A model generated the notes under the pieces. That model did not search any database. It was not told the origin of the DNA and saw only the letters and a list, made by a program, of their open reading frames with translations. Of a DNA stretch of 64,000 bases, positions 55,112 through 64,000 are shown piece after piece. The stretch's first letter is position 1. Each line of letters begins with the position of its first letter. Both the position numbers and the translations under genes were made by a program. The DNA is taken from positions 96,001 through 160,000 of IMG/VR virus record IMGVR_UViG_3300017987_000006. One strand, given 5' to 3'. This DNA comes from a virus.

Positions 55112-55363
55112 GTGGACCCGGCTGTGCTTACAGCGTTCTATGACGAGCTCGAGAAGATTGGGGCGGACGAGTCTGCGCCGAAGAAGACGTTCGAGTTCAA
55201 GCCTCCGGTCGCGCCACAACAGCTCAAGCCCAAGAGCATTAACCCAAGGACGAGAACTGGATCGGGCATGGGTTACACCAGGTCCAATGTGGAGGCCCCG
55301 GGAACGGACGTGTCGATAACGATGCAACAGAAGACGTTACCGCCACCATCGGCCCGGGCATAA
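55112..55363 (+). CDS. Small protein with ELEK leader
   Basis: MDPAVLTAFYDELEKIG. Confidence 0.6.
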   Translation: MDPAVLTAFYDELEKIGADESAPKKTFEFKPPVAPQQLKPKSINPRTRTGSGMGYTRSNVEAPGTDVSITMQQKTLPPPSARA

Positions 55364-55376
55364 AAAGGAGAACGAC

Positions 55377-56477
55377 ATGCGTCTTACCCTGCAGGAAATG
55401 ATCTCTGGGGCTATCGCGGAGGCCACCGAGAGGGAGAAGCTGGCGCAGGCCGGCGAGGAAGTCTCCGAGGAGGAGAAGAAAAAGGCCGAGGAGAAGAAAA
55501 AGGCCGAGGAGGCCAAAAAGGCGGCAATGGAGGGAGAGCCGAAGGAGAGCGCGGGGTACAAGTGCGCGTCGGTCTCCACCGAGCTGGTGGAGAAGTTGGC
55601 CTCGGCCCAGGAGTACATCAACTCCAACCTGTCCGCCGTCGAGTGGGACAAGGTAGCGGTCGGTGAGGGCCTCGGGACACAGGCTGGCAATGCCCCGGCC
55701 CCGCAGGTTGGCCCGGGCACCGGCCCCGGATCGGACCTGCAGACCAACATGGAGTCCCCCGTGGCGGGACTCCAGTCGACCCAGACGGGTCAGGCGAAGA
55801 ACAACCAGCCCGAGCCTGATGGCGCTACCGACAATGCGTCCAAGGCGGATGGTCAGACCAACGCCGCCACGGCGATGCAGACCGACATGACCGATGTGCC
55901 TGGGGGCACCGGCATGCAGCCCCAGCTGCAGGAGAAGTCCGCGGCTGTGAAGCGGGCGCGTGCCCTGTGGAGCCGTGTCAAGACGGCGGCGGACGCGGAG
56001 AACCCCGCGAAGATCGACGCGGGCAGCGAGCCGCTCGAGAACCCCAACGCCTCGGCTTCGGAGGAGGGTGTCCCCTCTCAGCCGGCGGCGGCGACCAGTC
56101 AAAGCAAGATGGTGGCTTCTAACGAGGCGGCCACCAACTACACCAAAGGAGATGCGAAGGCGGAGCCCAAAAAGCAGATGGGTGAGGTGATCACCGAGCC
56201 AGCCCAGAAGAAGTCAACGGATCCGGTCCTTCAGGAGAACCTGGCGGCAACCTCTCAGGCGGGTGTGAAGATCGCAGCCGTCAAGGCGGCGGCACGCCGG
56301 GCATATCTGCGCAAGATCGCGCAGGCCGGGGAAGCGGAAGATGCGACTCCGGAAGAGAAGGAAAAGGCCCAGAAGCTCAAGGAAGCTCTGGCCAAGAAGC
56401 AGGCCGAAGGTAAGGAGAAGGAGAGTCAGATGATGCCTCCGACTCCGATGCCGTCGCCCACCACCCCCATGATGTAA
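55377..56477 (+). CDS. Scaffold/core-like low-complexity protein with KxA motifs
   Basis: KLA, KCA, KVA, KSA, KTA, KIA; A/E/Q/P-rich. Confidence 0.65.
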   Translation: MRLTLQEMISGAIAEATEREKLAQAGEEVSEEEKKKAEEKKKAEEAKKAAMEGEPKESAGYKCASVSTELVEKLASAQEYINSNLSAVEWDKVAVGEGLGTQAGNAPAPQVGPGTGPGSDLQTNMESPVAGLQSTQTGQAKNNQPEPDGATDNASKADGQTNAATAMQTDMTDVPGGTGMQPQLQEKSAAVKRARALWSRVKTAADAENPAKIDAGSEPLENPNASASEEGVPSQPAAATSQSKMVASNEAATNYTKGDAKAEPKKQMGEVITEPAQKKSTDPVLQENLAATSQAGVKIAAVKAAARRAYLRKIAQAGEAEDATPEEKEKAQKLKEALAKKQAEGKEKESQMMPPTPMPSPTTPMM

Positions 56478-56495
56478 CCGGGAAGGAGATCAACG

Positions 56496-56882
56496 ATGGA
56501 GAAGATCAGTTCACAGAAGGTCGCAGCCGTCATGGCCACCATCCCGGGCGTCTTGCGGTCTCTCGCCAAGGAGCGCGACGAGCTCCTGGAGAAGAACGCA
56601 GCTCTGCAGAGCAAGGTCGTCGACTATGAGCGTCGAGCTCGAGTAGACGGTCTGGCCAAGATGGCCTCGGACAAGCATCTCGATTCGCTCGGGGAGACCC
56701 ACGAGGAGAAGATCGCGACGATCGAGACCGCCATCGAGCAGGGCAAATCCCTGGATGTCATGGAGGAGGCCGTGAAGATGTCGGCCGCCCACATGTCACT
56801 CGGGGAGGTGAGCGGGGACGAAATCTCCGCAGGTGGTGGCGACTCGCAGCTGGAGGCCTATCTTCGCGGCGAGATCGACTGA
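56496..56882 (+). CDS. Coiled-coil scaffold-like protein
   Basis: Helical, immediately upstream of the capsid genes. Confidence 0.55.
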   Translation: MEKISSQKVAAVMATIPGVLRSLAKERDELLEKNAALQSKVVDYERRARVDGLAKMASDKHLDSLGETHEEKIATIETAIEQGKSLDVMEEAVKMSAAHMSLGEVSGDEISAGGGDSQLEAYLRGEID

Positions 56883-56934
56883 AGACGGAAGGGCACAAAA
56901 CGAACGTTGACACAAACTCAGAAGGAGAAGGCAA

Positions 56935-57393
56935 ATGGCAGTTGAGAACTTCAGGCTCCACTCTCCCGTAGAGAAGCTGGAGCGCCGAGACATGCCGCTG
57001 GCCGACACCACGCTGACCAACCCCAACAACGCGAACCCGCTGCTGATGGGGGAGTTCATGGAGCTCGACTCGACCAACCCGAAGAAGGTCGTGAGGGCGT
57101 CCGGGGACTACCTCTGCTGGGCGCTGTTCTCGGAGAGGGGTCGGACGGACGTGCAGGCGGCGCGGAAGGTCCCCCTGTTGTACATGGGGACCTACGAAGC
57201 AGACACCCTGATCTTCGACGACACGGCTCTGACCCACGGGGCGGCGCTGATGGTGACGGACGTGACCATCGCCACCCTGACCAAGTCGGGCCTGAAGCTG
57301 CACGGCGGCGGCACCGAGCTGATCGTGGGATACGTCATGCGTCTCCCGTCGGTCAACGGCGACAAGCTCCGCTTCATGCAGACGCTGGTGTAA
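56935..57393 (+). CDS. Putative capsid decoration/stabilising protein
   Basis: 152 aa beta-rich protein directly before the MCP; strong C/G3 codon bias. Confidence 0.55.
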   Translation: MAVENFRLHSPVEKLERRDMPLADTTLTNPNNANPLLMGEFMELDSTNPKKVVRASGDYLCWALFSERGRTDVQAARKVPLLYMGTYEADTLIFDDTALTHGAALMVTDVTIATLTKSGLKLHGGGTELIVGYVMRLPSVNGDKLRFMQTLV

Positions 57394-57405
57394 AGGAGGA
57401 GAACG

Positions 57406-58533
57406 ATGTCAGCACAAGCACAAGCGATCACCGAACTCTTCTCCCAGCGACTCGAGTCCACCGAAGGCCGCGAGAAGATCGCCGAGTACGGCGGCAACTA
57501 CATCCGCGACCGTCTGCGCGAGGTCAGCTTTGCGCGGAAGGTCATCCCCACCCAACCCGTCACCCGCACCGACTGCCAGCGCAGCGTGAACCACGACACG
57601 CTGGTGAAGATCGTCGATGTGGAGCCCAAGAGCCGCGCGATGGCGATGACCTTCCGGGGTCAGCCTTCCGCGAATCTGATCAGCGCGCCGCGCGCCGAGA
57701 TCCCCTTCCTGACGATCAGCTCGGAGAAGTTCGAGAAGTTCGAGCAGGAGCTCCTGGCCTACGAGATGCCGATCACCAAGGTGATCGAGGACAACTCGGT
57801 CAAGGACATCCAGGAGATCGAGGACCGCGAGTTCCTGATCCACATCGAGGCCGCCGTGCAGGCGCTGCAGGCCGAGGCCAACAGTGCCGCCACCGCACCC
57901 GCCCTCAACGCCACCGCCCTGCAGGGCGCGACGCCGCCGGTGGAGTTCTCGGTGCGCAAGGGCGAGCTCGCCCGCGCTTCGACCACCGACACCGCCGTGC
58001 CGCTGCCGCTGCAGCGTCCGGACATCGTCCAGCTGTACAAGCTGCTCGACGGCAACCGCCTCCGCGCCGAGATGACCCTGTTGACCGAGGTCGACTGGGA
58101 CGACATCCTGATGTGGACGGTGGAGGACTTCGGCGATCGGATCCAGAGCGAGACCACGACCGACGGGTACAAGTACAACACCCTGCTCGGCCGTGCCTAC
58201 GTGCGGACGATCAAGACCGATCTCCTGCGCCCCGGCAACCTGTACACCTTCACCAAGCCGGAGTTCTTCGGGCGTTTCTACGTCCTGAACAACACGAAGT
58301 TCTACATCGACAAGATCGCGAACCTGATCACCTGGCAGAGCTGGGAGGACATCGCGATCGGCATCGTGAACATCGCGGCCGTCCGGAAGGTGGAGCTCTA
58401 TAGTGGTGACGCCACCGTGAACGACACCGACAGCATCCTCTCTTCGGTCATCCCGTCGGACGAGGAGGACCTCGGTGCCGTGAACAACCGCGTCGCGGAG
58501 GGTCTGCACTACCCGGCGGTGGAGCAGTTCTAG
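57406..58533 (+). CDS. Major capsid protein (HK97-like fold)
   Basis: 375 aa, extreme C/G3 codon bias, strong RBS, followed by a large hairpin; position after protease and scaffolds. Confidence 0.75.
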   Translation: MSAQAQAITELFSQRLESTEGREKIAEYGGNYIRDRLREVSFARKVIPTQPVTRTDCQRSVNHDTLVKIVDVEPKSRAMAMTFRGQPSANLISAPRAEIPFLTISSEKFEKFEQELLAYEMPITKVIEDNSVKDIQEIEDREFLIHIEAAVQALQAEANSAATAPALNATALQGATPPVEFSVRKGELARASTTDTAVPLPLQRPDIVQLYKLLDGNRLRAEMTLLTEVDWDDILMWTVEDFGDRIQSETTTDGYKYNTLLGRAYVRTIKTDLLRPGNLYTFTKPEFFGRFYVLNNTKFYIDKIANLITWQSWEDIAIGIVNIAAVRKVELYSGDATVNDTDSILSSVIPSDEEDLGAVNNRVAEGLHYPAVEQF

Positions 58534-58548
58534 CGCACTCAACCCCAC

Positions 58549-58580
58549 GGGAGGGGGAGGAGTCTCCCCCTCCCTTCCCC
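58549..58580 (+). terminator. Strong hairpin after the MCP (terminator or stability element)
   Basis: GGGAGGGGGAG-GAGT-CTCCCCCTCCC, perfect 11-bp stem. Confidence 0.6.
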
Positions 58581-58682
58581 AGCTACTTGGTCGGTCGTGC
58601 CCGCGATCCCCTGGCTGGTGAAAAGATGCTTCTCATGGAGCTCAACAATCGGGTACGATAACCTGTCACGGAGGGAACTCAT

Positions 58683-59417
58683 ATGACAGATGAACAAGTC
58701 CAGACCGAACAGGAAGATCTGGATAAACAAATCCCTGCTGAGCAGGAAGCTCTGAAGGTTCCCGTCCGCGATGGGCGGGCCGCCGGTGCTTTAAAGCCCG
58801 GAAACCACTACATCATCAAAAACGTGGTGCGCCGCGTCCAGTCTCGTCTGAGGCGGTATGCGGGTCCGACCAGACTCAAGTTCAAACAGTTTGTGGCGGG
58901 CCGTCGCCTGCTGCGGAACCAGAGCATGCCGCTCGACGCGGAGACTTTCGGAAAGTACTCCAAGGAGATCTTGGAGGGCGTCCGTGCGGGCGCGCTCGAG
59001 GTCATCGATCCAGACGGGTGGCGGTACTTTGCTGATGTCCACGGTTCAGTAAGCCGGTCTCGTGGAATGGAGGTCGTCTCGCTGGAGCCAAAGAAGGCAC
59101 AGGCGGGAGAGCCTCCGCATCCGCCACCGGCCGAGCCCACGGGAGATGTGGATGCTCCAAATCCACCGACCACGGGAGAGGCCCCGTTGGAAGAGACTGA
59201 TACTGCAGAGGAAACCGTCTCGGGGGAGGTAGAGCCGGACGACTTGACCGAGTTGCCCGGTGTTGGCTCAGGCCGCGCCAAGAAGCTCGTGGAAGCAGGT
59301 GTAGTCAGCTTCTCTCAGATCGCCGCAATGGAGCCGGAGTCACTGGCCGAGCTCCTGGGCGTGACGGAGGAGGTGGCCGAGAACATCATCGAGGCTGCCG
59401 ACCAGGAGGAGGTGTGA
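58683..59417 (+). CDS. Protein with C-terminal helix-hairpin-helix domain
   Basis: DDLTELPGVGSGRAKKLVEAGVVSFSQIA. Confidence 0.7.
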   Translation: MTDEQVQTEQEDLDKQIPAEQEALKVPVRDGRAAGALKPGNHYIIKNVVRRVQSRLRRYAGPTRLKFKQFVAGRRLLRNQSMPLDAETFGKYSKEILEGVRAGALEVIDPDGWRYFADVHGSVSRSRGMEVVSLEPKKAQAGEPPHPPPAEPTGDVDAPNPPTTGEAPLEETDTAEETVSGEVEPDDLTELPGVGSGRAKKLVEAGVVSFSQIAAMEPESLAELLGVTEEVAENIIEAADQEEV

Positions 59418-59418
59418 G

Positions 59419-59853
59419 ATGGCCAAGGTCCCCGTCAAGAACACTTTCACCAAGGCGATCCGTATCGGTCATGACGTCATCCAGCGTAAGCAGGTGATGT
59501 CGATCGAGGAAACCCTGCTCTACTCTCCGCGGGTTCAACGGCTCAAAGAGTCTGGGAAGCTGGATTTTCCCTACTATCCCCTGGAGAAGGCCCAGACCGA
59601 GGGCCAAAATCAAAATCCCGCGTCGGGGGTTGGCGGCGAGGTCGTGGAGGTCGTGGAAGTCGTGGAAGAGGACAATCTGAAGGTGCTCCCGCACATCGGA
59701 GACAGCCGTGCTGCCAAGCTCGAGTCCGTGGGCATTGAGAGCTTCGCGGATCTAGCATCAATGGATGCCGGGGTGCTGGACGGTCTGTTGGAAATCACCC
59801 ACAGCCAGGCGGAGGAGATAATCGCCGCCGCGAAGGAGCTGCTGGGTGGCTGA
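59419..59853 (+). CDS. Protein with C-terminal helix-hairpin-helix domain (paralogous tail)
   Basis: DNLKVLPHIGDSRAAKLESVGIESFADLA. Confidence 0.7.
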   Translation: MAKVPVKNTFTKAIRIGHDVIQRKQVMSIEETLLYSPRVQRLKESGKLDFPYYPLEKAQTEGQNQNPASGVGGEVVEVVEVVEEDNLKVLPHIGDSRAAKLESVGIESFADLASMDAGVLDGLLEITHSQAEEIIAAAKELLGG

Positions 59854-60361
59854 ACTCCAGGGCATGGGGGACATCCCTGGTCTATCTGACGAGTTCAACG
59901 GGTTCATCCACATGATGCGCCTGTGGATGCGAGATCATCCACAACTCAACCGATTGATCAGGGGCGTCGAACACTCGAACAGGTTGATCGCCTGGGCGGT
60001 ACTGGACTTCGTATCCGATTTCAACCAGACCCCTCCTCCGCTTGGCTTGTACTCACTCGAGCAGCTGTTGCGTCTCGGGTATACAAGTCTGGCGCGGAGG
60101 GGGACGGCCATCGCCCTGTTCGAATCCACCTCTGTTCTGCAGATCAGAAACCAGCTCAACTTTTCGGATGGCGGGATCAATGTTGCAGTGTCGGACAAAG
60201 CCCCCCAGCTTCAGTCCTGGCTTGCCATGTTCCAGAGCAAGTACGAGCAGGATAAGACGAAGATCAAGATCTCACTCAACATCCACTCGATCTTGGGCGA
60301 GTTCGGTCAGCACAGTGAATACGCGCTGATCAATTCATTTTACGGCGCTCTATTCACGTAG
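59846..60361 (+). CDS. Putative head-tail adaptor/head completion protein
   Basis: Helical 171-aa protein downstream of the MCP; assignment mostly positional. Confidence 0.5.
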   Translation: MAELQGMGDIPGLSDEFNGFIHMMRLWMRDHPQLNRLIRGVEHSNRLIAWAVLDFVSDFNQTPPPLGLYSLEQLLRLGYTSLARRGTAIALFESTSVLQIRNQLNFSDGGINVAVSDKAPQLQSWLAMFQSKYEQDKTKIKISLNIHSILGEFGQHSEYALINSFYGALFT

Positions 60362-60370
60362 GAGAAGCCG

Positions 60371-60811
60371 ATGCTTTACGTCAGAGAGTTTGGATCACGA
60401 AAAGAGTTGGAGCTTTTCATCCAGGACAAAATCTTGGGAGGGAAGGTCTTTCCGGCCCTGGGGGACAACATCAACGTCAGAGCCAAGACCTTGACGTTCA
60501 CCACGCCCCTGGTAACCATCACCTTCCCCGATACCTCAGCGTTCGAGACGGCGACTCCGGCGGAGATCCAGGCGGAGGCGGACAGCCAATCTTCAGGACG
60601 ACTCTCGTTGGTGAAGGCTCCGGCCGGGCCTGCCGGGAACTTCCTTTTTGCGCTGCTCACCGATGGCAACGTCTTCACCGGAGGAACGGCGGCGGCCGTC
60701 CTTGGGCTTGCCGCGGGAACAGTCGGGGCAAATAAGCTCGCAGTGGCCGATGTGGTCAACGTCTACTACGTGGAGAAGTCCGCGCAGTACGGCATCGTCT
60801 ACGACGCGTAG
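60371..60811 (+). CDS. Hypothetical structural protein
   Basis: 146 aa, T/A/G-rich, RBS present. Confidence 0.55.
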   Translation: MLYVREFGSRKELELFIQDKILGGKVFPALGDNINVRAKTLTFTTPLVTITFPDTSAFETATPAEIQAEADSQSSGRLSLVKAPAGPAGNFLFALLTDGNVFTGGTAAAVLGLAAGTVGANKLAVADVVNVYYVEKSAQYGIVYDA

Positions 60812-60825
60812 GAGGACCAAATCCC

Positions 60826-62916
60826 ATGGACAAGCTCTCAAGATACCTCAGCGCCGAAGAGACCCACGATATCCCGTGGGCGAAAGCCTCGGCGTTCTTT
60901 CTCACCATCAAAGAGCAGACCAAGGAGGCCGAGTCGCCGTCCCGATCTCTGACGCCTGAACAGAGAGCGCGCATCAATCGCGCCGCATTCGCTCAGGACG
61001 CACAGCAGGCAAAGTACAAAGGGCTGATGTCTGGTATCCGCTCGTCTGCAGCCGCGGACGTGCGAGAGGCGGAGAAGACCAAGCGGCAACGCGGGAAGCG
61101 TGTTGGCGGTGAGGTCGGGACCGTCGGCGGGGCCGCCGCGGGGTACATGGCTGGCCGCAAGGCTGGCATCGCCGGTAAGATCGGTGGAACGGCCATTGGG
61201 GCGCTGATGGGCCGCGGCTTGGGGAAGACGGTAGGGGAGGAGATCGATCGGAAGCGGACGATCAAAAAGTACAACAAAGAATCGGCGAGCCCAGGCACCA
61301 ACAAAAAGGCTGAGATGGAGAAGTGGACCACCAAAACCGCCTCCATCTCTCGCGTCCGGGAAATGTGGAAGCTGGCCGATGGGATTCCCGAGGGCGAGGC
61401 CCTTCCTGGCGGCGCGGACAACGAGCCTGTCGTTGTCGAACCTGAAGTGGCGAGTGAGGCCAAGCCCAGCACGATGGCCGAGGAGAAGATGACGCCCGAC
61501 GTGCTGGAGCGACAACGCGCCGAGCAGCTCCTGGCCGAAGAAGCCATGGCAGATCAAATGTCCGAGGTGAACGAGGCCGAGTACTACCGCCAGGTCGCTC
61601 AGGAGGCGATGCAGGGTCTGGAAGAGATGCAGGCGATGTTGCAGCAGACGCAGGCTGCGGCCGAACAAGCGGGACAGCAGGCGCAGATGTCCCAGATGCA
61701 GGCAGATCAAGCTGTGCAGCAGGCGACGCAGCAGAGCCAAGATCAGGCCATGCAGAACCAGCAGCTCACCGCGCAGTTGGAGGCACAGTCACAGGAGCTC
61801 GCTGGCAGTAAGCAGGCGATCATGCAGATGCGGCAGGCCATGCAGAACTACCGCGAGCATCTACAGGACTTGGCGCTGCAAGATCCAACGGCCGCTGCTG
61901 GTCCGTCTCCAGAGGAGCAGGGGATGATGGAGCAGGAAGCCGCAGCGCGGGAGGAGGCCCAGGCCGCAGAGGCAGGTGCCGGAGCCCCAATGAGCGGCGA
62001 GTCCGCCAAGCAGGTGGAGGAAGCGCAGCAGGCACAGGAGGAGGCTGGTAAGCAGACGGCTCAGGCTGAGCGGGCTACGGCTAAAGACCAGGCCAAGCAG
62101 GAGGCGAAGGACGCGGGTGTGACGGTGAACGTCGGCGGTCAAACCAAGACGGCCTTTTCCAGGGAGGATGCGTTACTCGCCGTAGTGCTTCATGATCTGA
62201 GGCGTGGGAAGGCGATCGGAGCAACGAAAGCCCAACAAAAAAGGGAGTACCGCCAGCTCAAAAAGAGGGGGAAGGTCATAAGTGGGCCGGGGAGACCGGC
62301 AGTGGTGGCCCTGAGACAAAAGACGGCGGCCGACAAATCCACGAAGCGGAATGCAGCCATCGCAGCTGGAATCGCCGGGACGGCGATCGGAGGCGGGCTC
62401 TTGCTGCGGAAGGCCGCGAAGAGCGGAAAGCTGAGAGAGCTTATCGCGCGGACCACCAACAGGGCCAAGAAGACCGGAGATGTTCACCAGAGCAACATGA
62501 AGAAGTTGGAGGAGCTGACCGATCGTACCGGGAAGGTGAGAGACGAGCTCAAGGACCTCAACGCCTGGATGAGCAAGCAGGCCGATTGGTCCTCGCGTGC
62601 CGTCGGAGCAGGCATCGGAGCCGCCGGGGCCGCCGGGCTGCAGAGCGCATCCGACAGAGTGGGTCCGAAAGGGATCTCAGAGAAGGAGCGCATCCTGCGC
62701 GCCAAGCTCCGCCACTACCAGCAGAAAAAGGACAAGGGGGCTCTGGACAAGTACAAGGTCGTGATGACCAGAGCGCTGGCCGACACGGCAAAGATCAACC
62801 GTGAAGATCCACGCGCGGCCGCGGTGATAGCGGCGCTGGGTGGTGCGACAGCGGGAGCAGCTGCAGCTCCTGCGGTGGCTCGTCTAGGCAAGCGCATTCT
62901 AAGGAGAGGGAGATGA
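60826..62916 (+). CDS. Modular KxA-delimited protein (Q/E-rich coiled coil plus Gly-zipper modules)
   Basis: KEA, KTA (x3), KLA, KQA separate basic Gly-rich and acidic Q-rich blocks. Confidence 0.65.
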   Translation: MDKLSRYLSAEETHDIPWAKASAFFLTIKEQTKEAESPSRSLTPEQRARINRAAFAQDAQQAKYKGLMSGIRSSAAADVREAEKTKRQRGKRVGGEVGTVGGAAAGYMAGRKAGIAGKIGGTAIGALMGRGLGKTVGEEIDRKRTIKKYNKESASPGTNKKAEMEKWTTKTASISRVREMWKLADGIPEGEALPGGADNEPVVVEPEVASEAKPSTMAEEKMTPDVLERQRAEQLLAEEAMADQMSEVNEAEYYRQVAQEAMQGLEEMQAMLQQTQAAAEQAGQQAQMSQMQADQAVQQATQQSQDQAMQNQQLTAQLEAQSQELAGSKQAIMQMRQAMQNYREHLQDLALQDPTAAAGPSPEEQGMMEQEAAAREEAQAAEAGAGAPMSGESAKQVEEAQQAQEEAGKQTAQAERATAKDQAKQEAKDAGVTVNVGGQTKTAFSREDALLAVVLHDLRRGKAIGATKAQQKREYRQLKKRGKVISGPGRPAVVALRQKTAADKSTKRNAAIAAGIAGTAIGGGLLLRKAAKSGKLRELIARTTNRAKKTGDVHQSNMKKLEELTDRTGKVRDELKDLNAWMSKQADWSSRAVGAGIGAAGAAGLQSASDRVGPKGISEKERILRAKLRHYQQKKDKGALDKYKVVMTRALADTAKINREDPRAAAVIAALGGATAGAAAAPAVARLGKRILRRGR

Positions 62917-63899
62917 ATCTCGATCAGTGGCTGAAGGAAGTCTACGATGAAGAGAACGTATCCAAGGAAGCATCTGGTCTGGAGGCGATGCTAGACCAGA
63001 TGAGCCTGGGAGATCTGCGCGACCTATCACTTGGCCGCACAACGCTCGAGAAGGTGGCGGCGAAGATGACGCAGACGAAGCGTGAGGCGTTGCCGTCTAA
63101 GTCGTTCGCCGTGCCTCAGAGCAAAGCGAAGAAGATAGGGGTGGCGGGGGAGATCAAGGGAGAGGCCAAGGGGAAGTACCCCATCCCGGACGTGAAGCAT
63201 GCCCGCAACGCACTGGCCCGAGTTTCGCAGTTCGGCAGTCCAGCTGAGCGGGAAGCGGTGAGGAGCAAGGTCTACGGCAAGTTCCCGCATCTCAAGGCAG
63301 GATTCGAGCAGCGTCACGGGGAGAGCCCAACCTCGAAGGGGAACATCAAGAAGGTGGAGCAGGGCGGCATCGGCAAGTCTGCTGGCATGATGCGCCCGGA
63401 CCAGCCGCGAGCCAAAGATCTGGTCAGCGGGCGCGGCCCGGAGGCCAGGGCAGCCAGGATGGCCATTCGCGAGAAGCTGCGTGAGGGGTGCCCGGTTGGT
63501 GAGGAGATCGACAAGCAGCTTGGTATCAAGAAGGCCGCCTCGGCCCAGTTCGAGTTCATGGACAAGGTCGCCAGGCATCTGGCCCACGTCCACACGGAGG
63601 AGGCGGAGAAGCTAGCGGTGGGGGGACGCGTGGGTAAGTTTCTGACGAAGCACAAGAAGGTTGGTTTGGGGGCCGTGGCCACAGCTCCCATCGCCTACAT
63701 GGCGGGCGTGGCCAGCGGATACAAGCAGGGCAAGGGTATGGAGAAGCGCGACGAGTTCACCTCCCCGGAAGCGCAGGCCAAGGCCAAAGTGATGAGCCGC
63801 GCGCTCAAGTCCACGAAGGGTGCTCCGCCGAACGTTCGCAAGGGCGCGGTCAAGGTCGTGGCCAAGGAGATGCGGAAAGCCGCAGCAGCCTTGAGGTAG
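62913..63899 (+). CDS. Modular KxA-delimited protein with YPIPD..HARNAL domain
   Basis: REALPSKSFAVP...KYPIPDVKHARNALARVSQF domain starts just after EKVA. Confidence 0.65.
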   Translation: MNLDQWLKEVYDEENVSKEASGLEAMLDQMSLGDLRDLSLGRTTLEKVAAKMTQTKREALPSKSFAVPQSKAKKIGVAGEIKGEAKGKYPIPDVKHARNALARVSQFGSPAEREAVRSKVYGKFPHLKAGFEQRHGESPTSKGNIKKVEQGGIGKSAGMMRPDQPRAKDLVSGRGPEARAARMAIREKLREGCPVGEEIDKQLGIKKAASAQFEFMDKVARHLAHVHTEEAEKLAVGGRVGKFLTKHKKVGLGAVATAPIAYMAGVASGYKQGKGMEKRDEFTSPEAQAKAKVMSRALKSTKGAPPNVRKGAVKVVAKEMRKAAAALR

Positions 63900-64000
63900 A
63901 TGCTCAACGTCGAGTTCCAGAACCTCCTCGTCCGGTCCTTCACATTGGACTGGCTCGAGCTAAGCTGGGAGATCAAGAACACCACCCTCGATCCCCACGA
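63900..64000 (+). CDS. Partial CDS, runs off the window end
   Basis: ATG directly after the TAG at 63897-63899; MLNVEFQNLLVRSFTLDWLELSWEIK... Confidence 0.5.
   Translation, partial: MLNVEFQNLLVRSFTLDWLELSWEIKNTTLDPH

Noticed and set aside
56909-56930. TTGACA upstream of the capsid decoration gene as a sigma70 promoter
   Set aside because: No -10 element at 16-18 nt spacing.

Overview
A 64-kb segment of a large, GC-rich dsDNA tailed phage genome, probably a myovirus (baseplate-spike-like gene present). The host cannot be determined from the sequence. Layout: (1) 12-8130 (+): beta-helix tail fibre/tailspike, lysis-like membrane genes and a cluster of proteins sharing an N-terminal leader; (2) 8555-25774 (-): replication/recombination operon (PolA, primase, DnaB, SSB-like, RecA/UvsX, UvsY-like, Cas4-like nuclease, two resolvases, UDG, intein-bearing SF2 helicase, Sm/Hfq-like protein); (3) 25908-64000 (mostly +): virion morphogenesis (intein-bearing portal, single-chain beta-beta' RNA polymerase, spike, terminase, probable prohead protease, scaffolds, major capsid, head completion). 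Main unexplained signals: a shared (F/W)xxELEKx(A/G) N-terminal leader plus dense internal K-x-A motifs, suggesting a capsid-targeting and protease-processing system that loads cargo enzymes into the head; a compact fused RNAP whose catalytic motif is interrupted by an intein with atypical N|C...D|T junctions; two promoter classes split by strand (ATAAG motif before minus-strand units, sigma70-like before plus-strand units); two ~330-nt structured intergenic RNA candidates; and an in-frame TAG inside the portal intein. No tRNA, rRNA or CRISPR array was recognised. Family assignments come from motif recognition by eye, not database searches.
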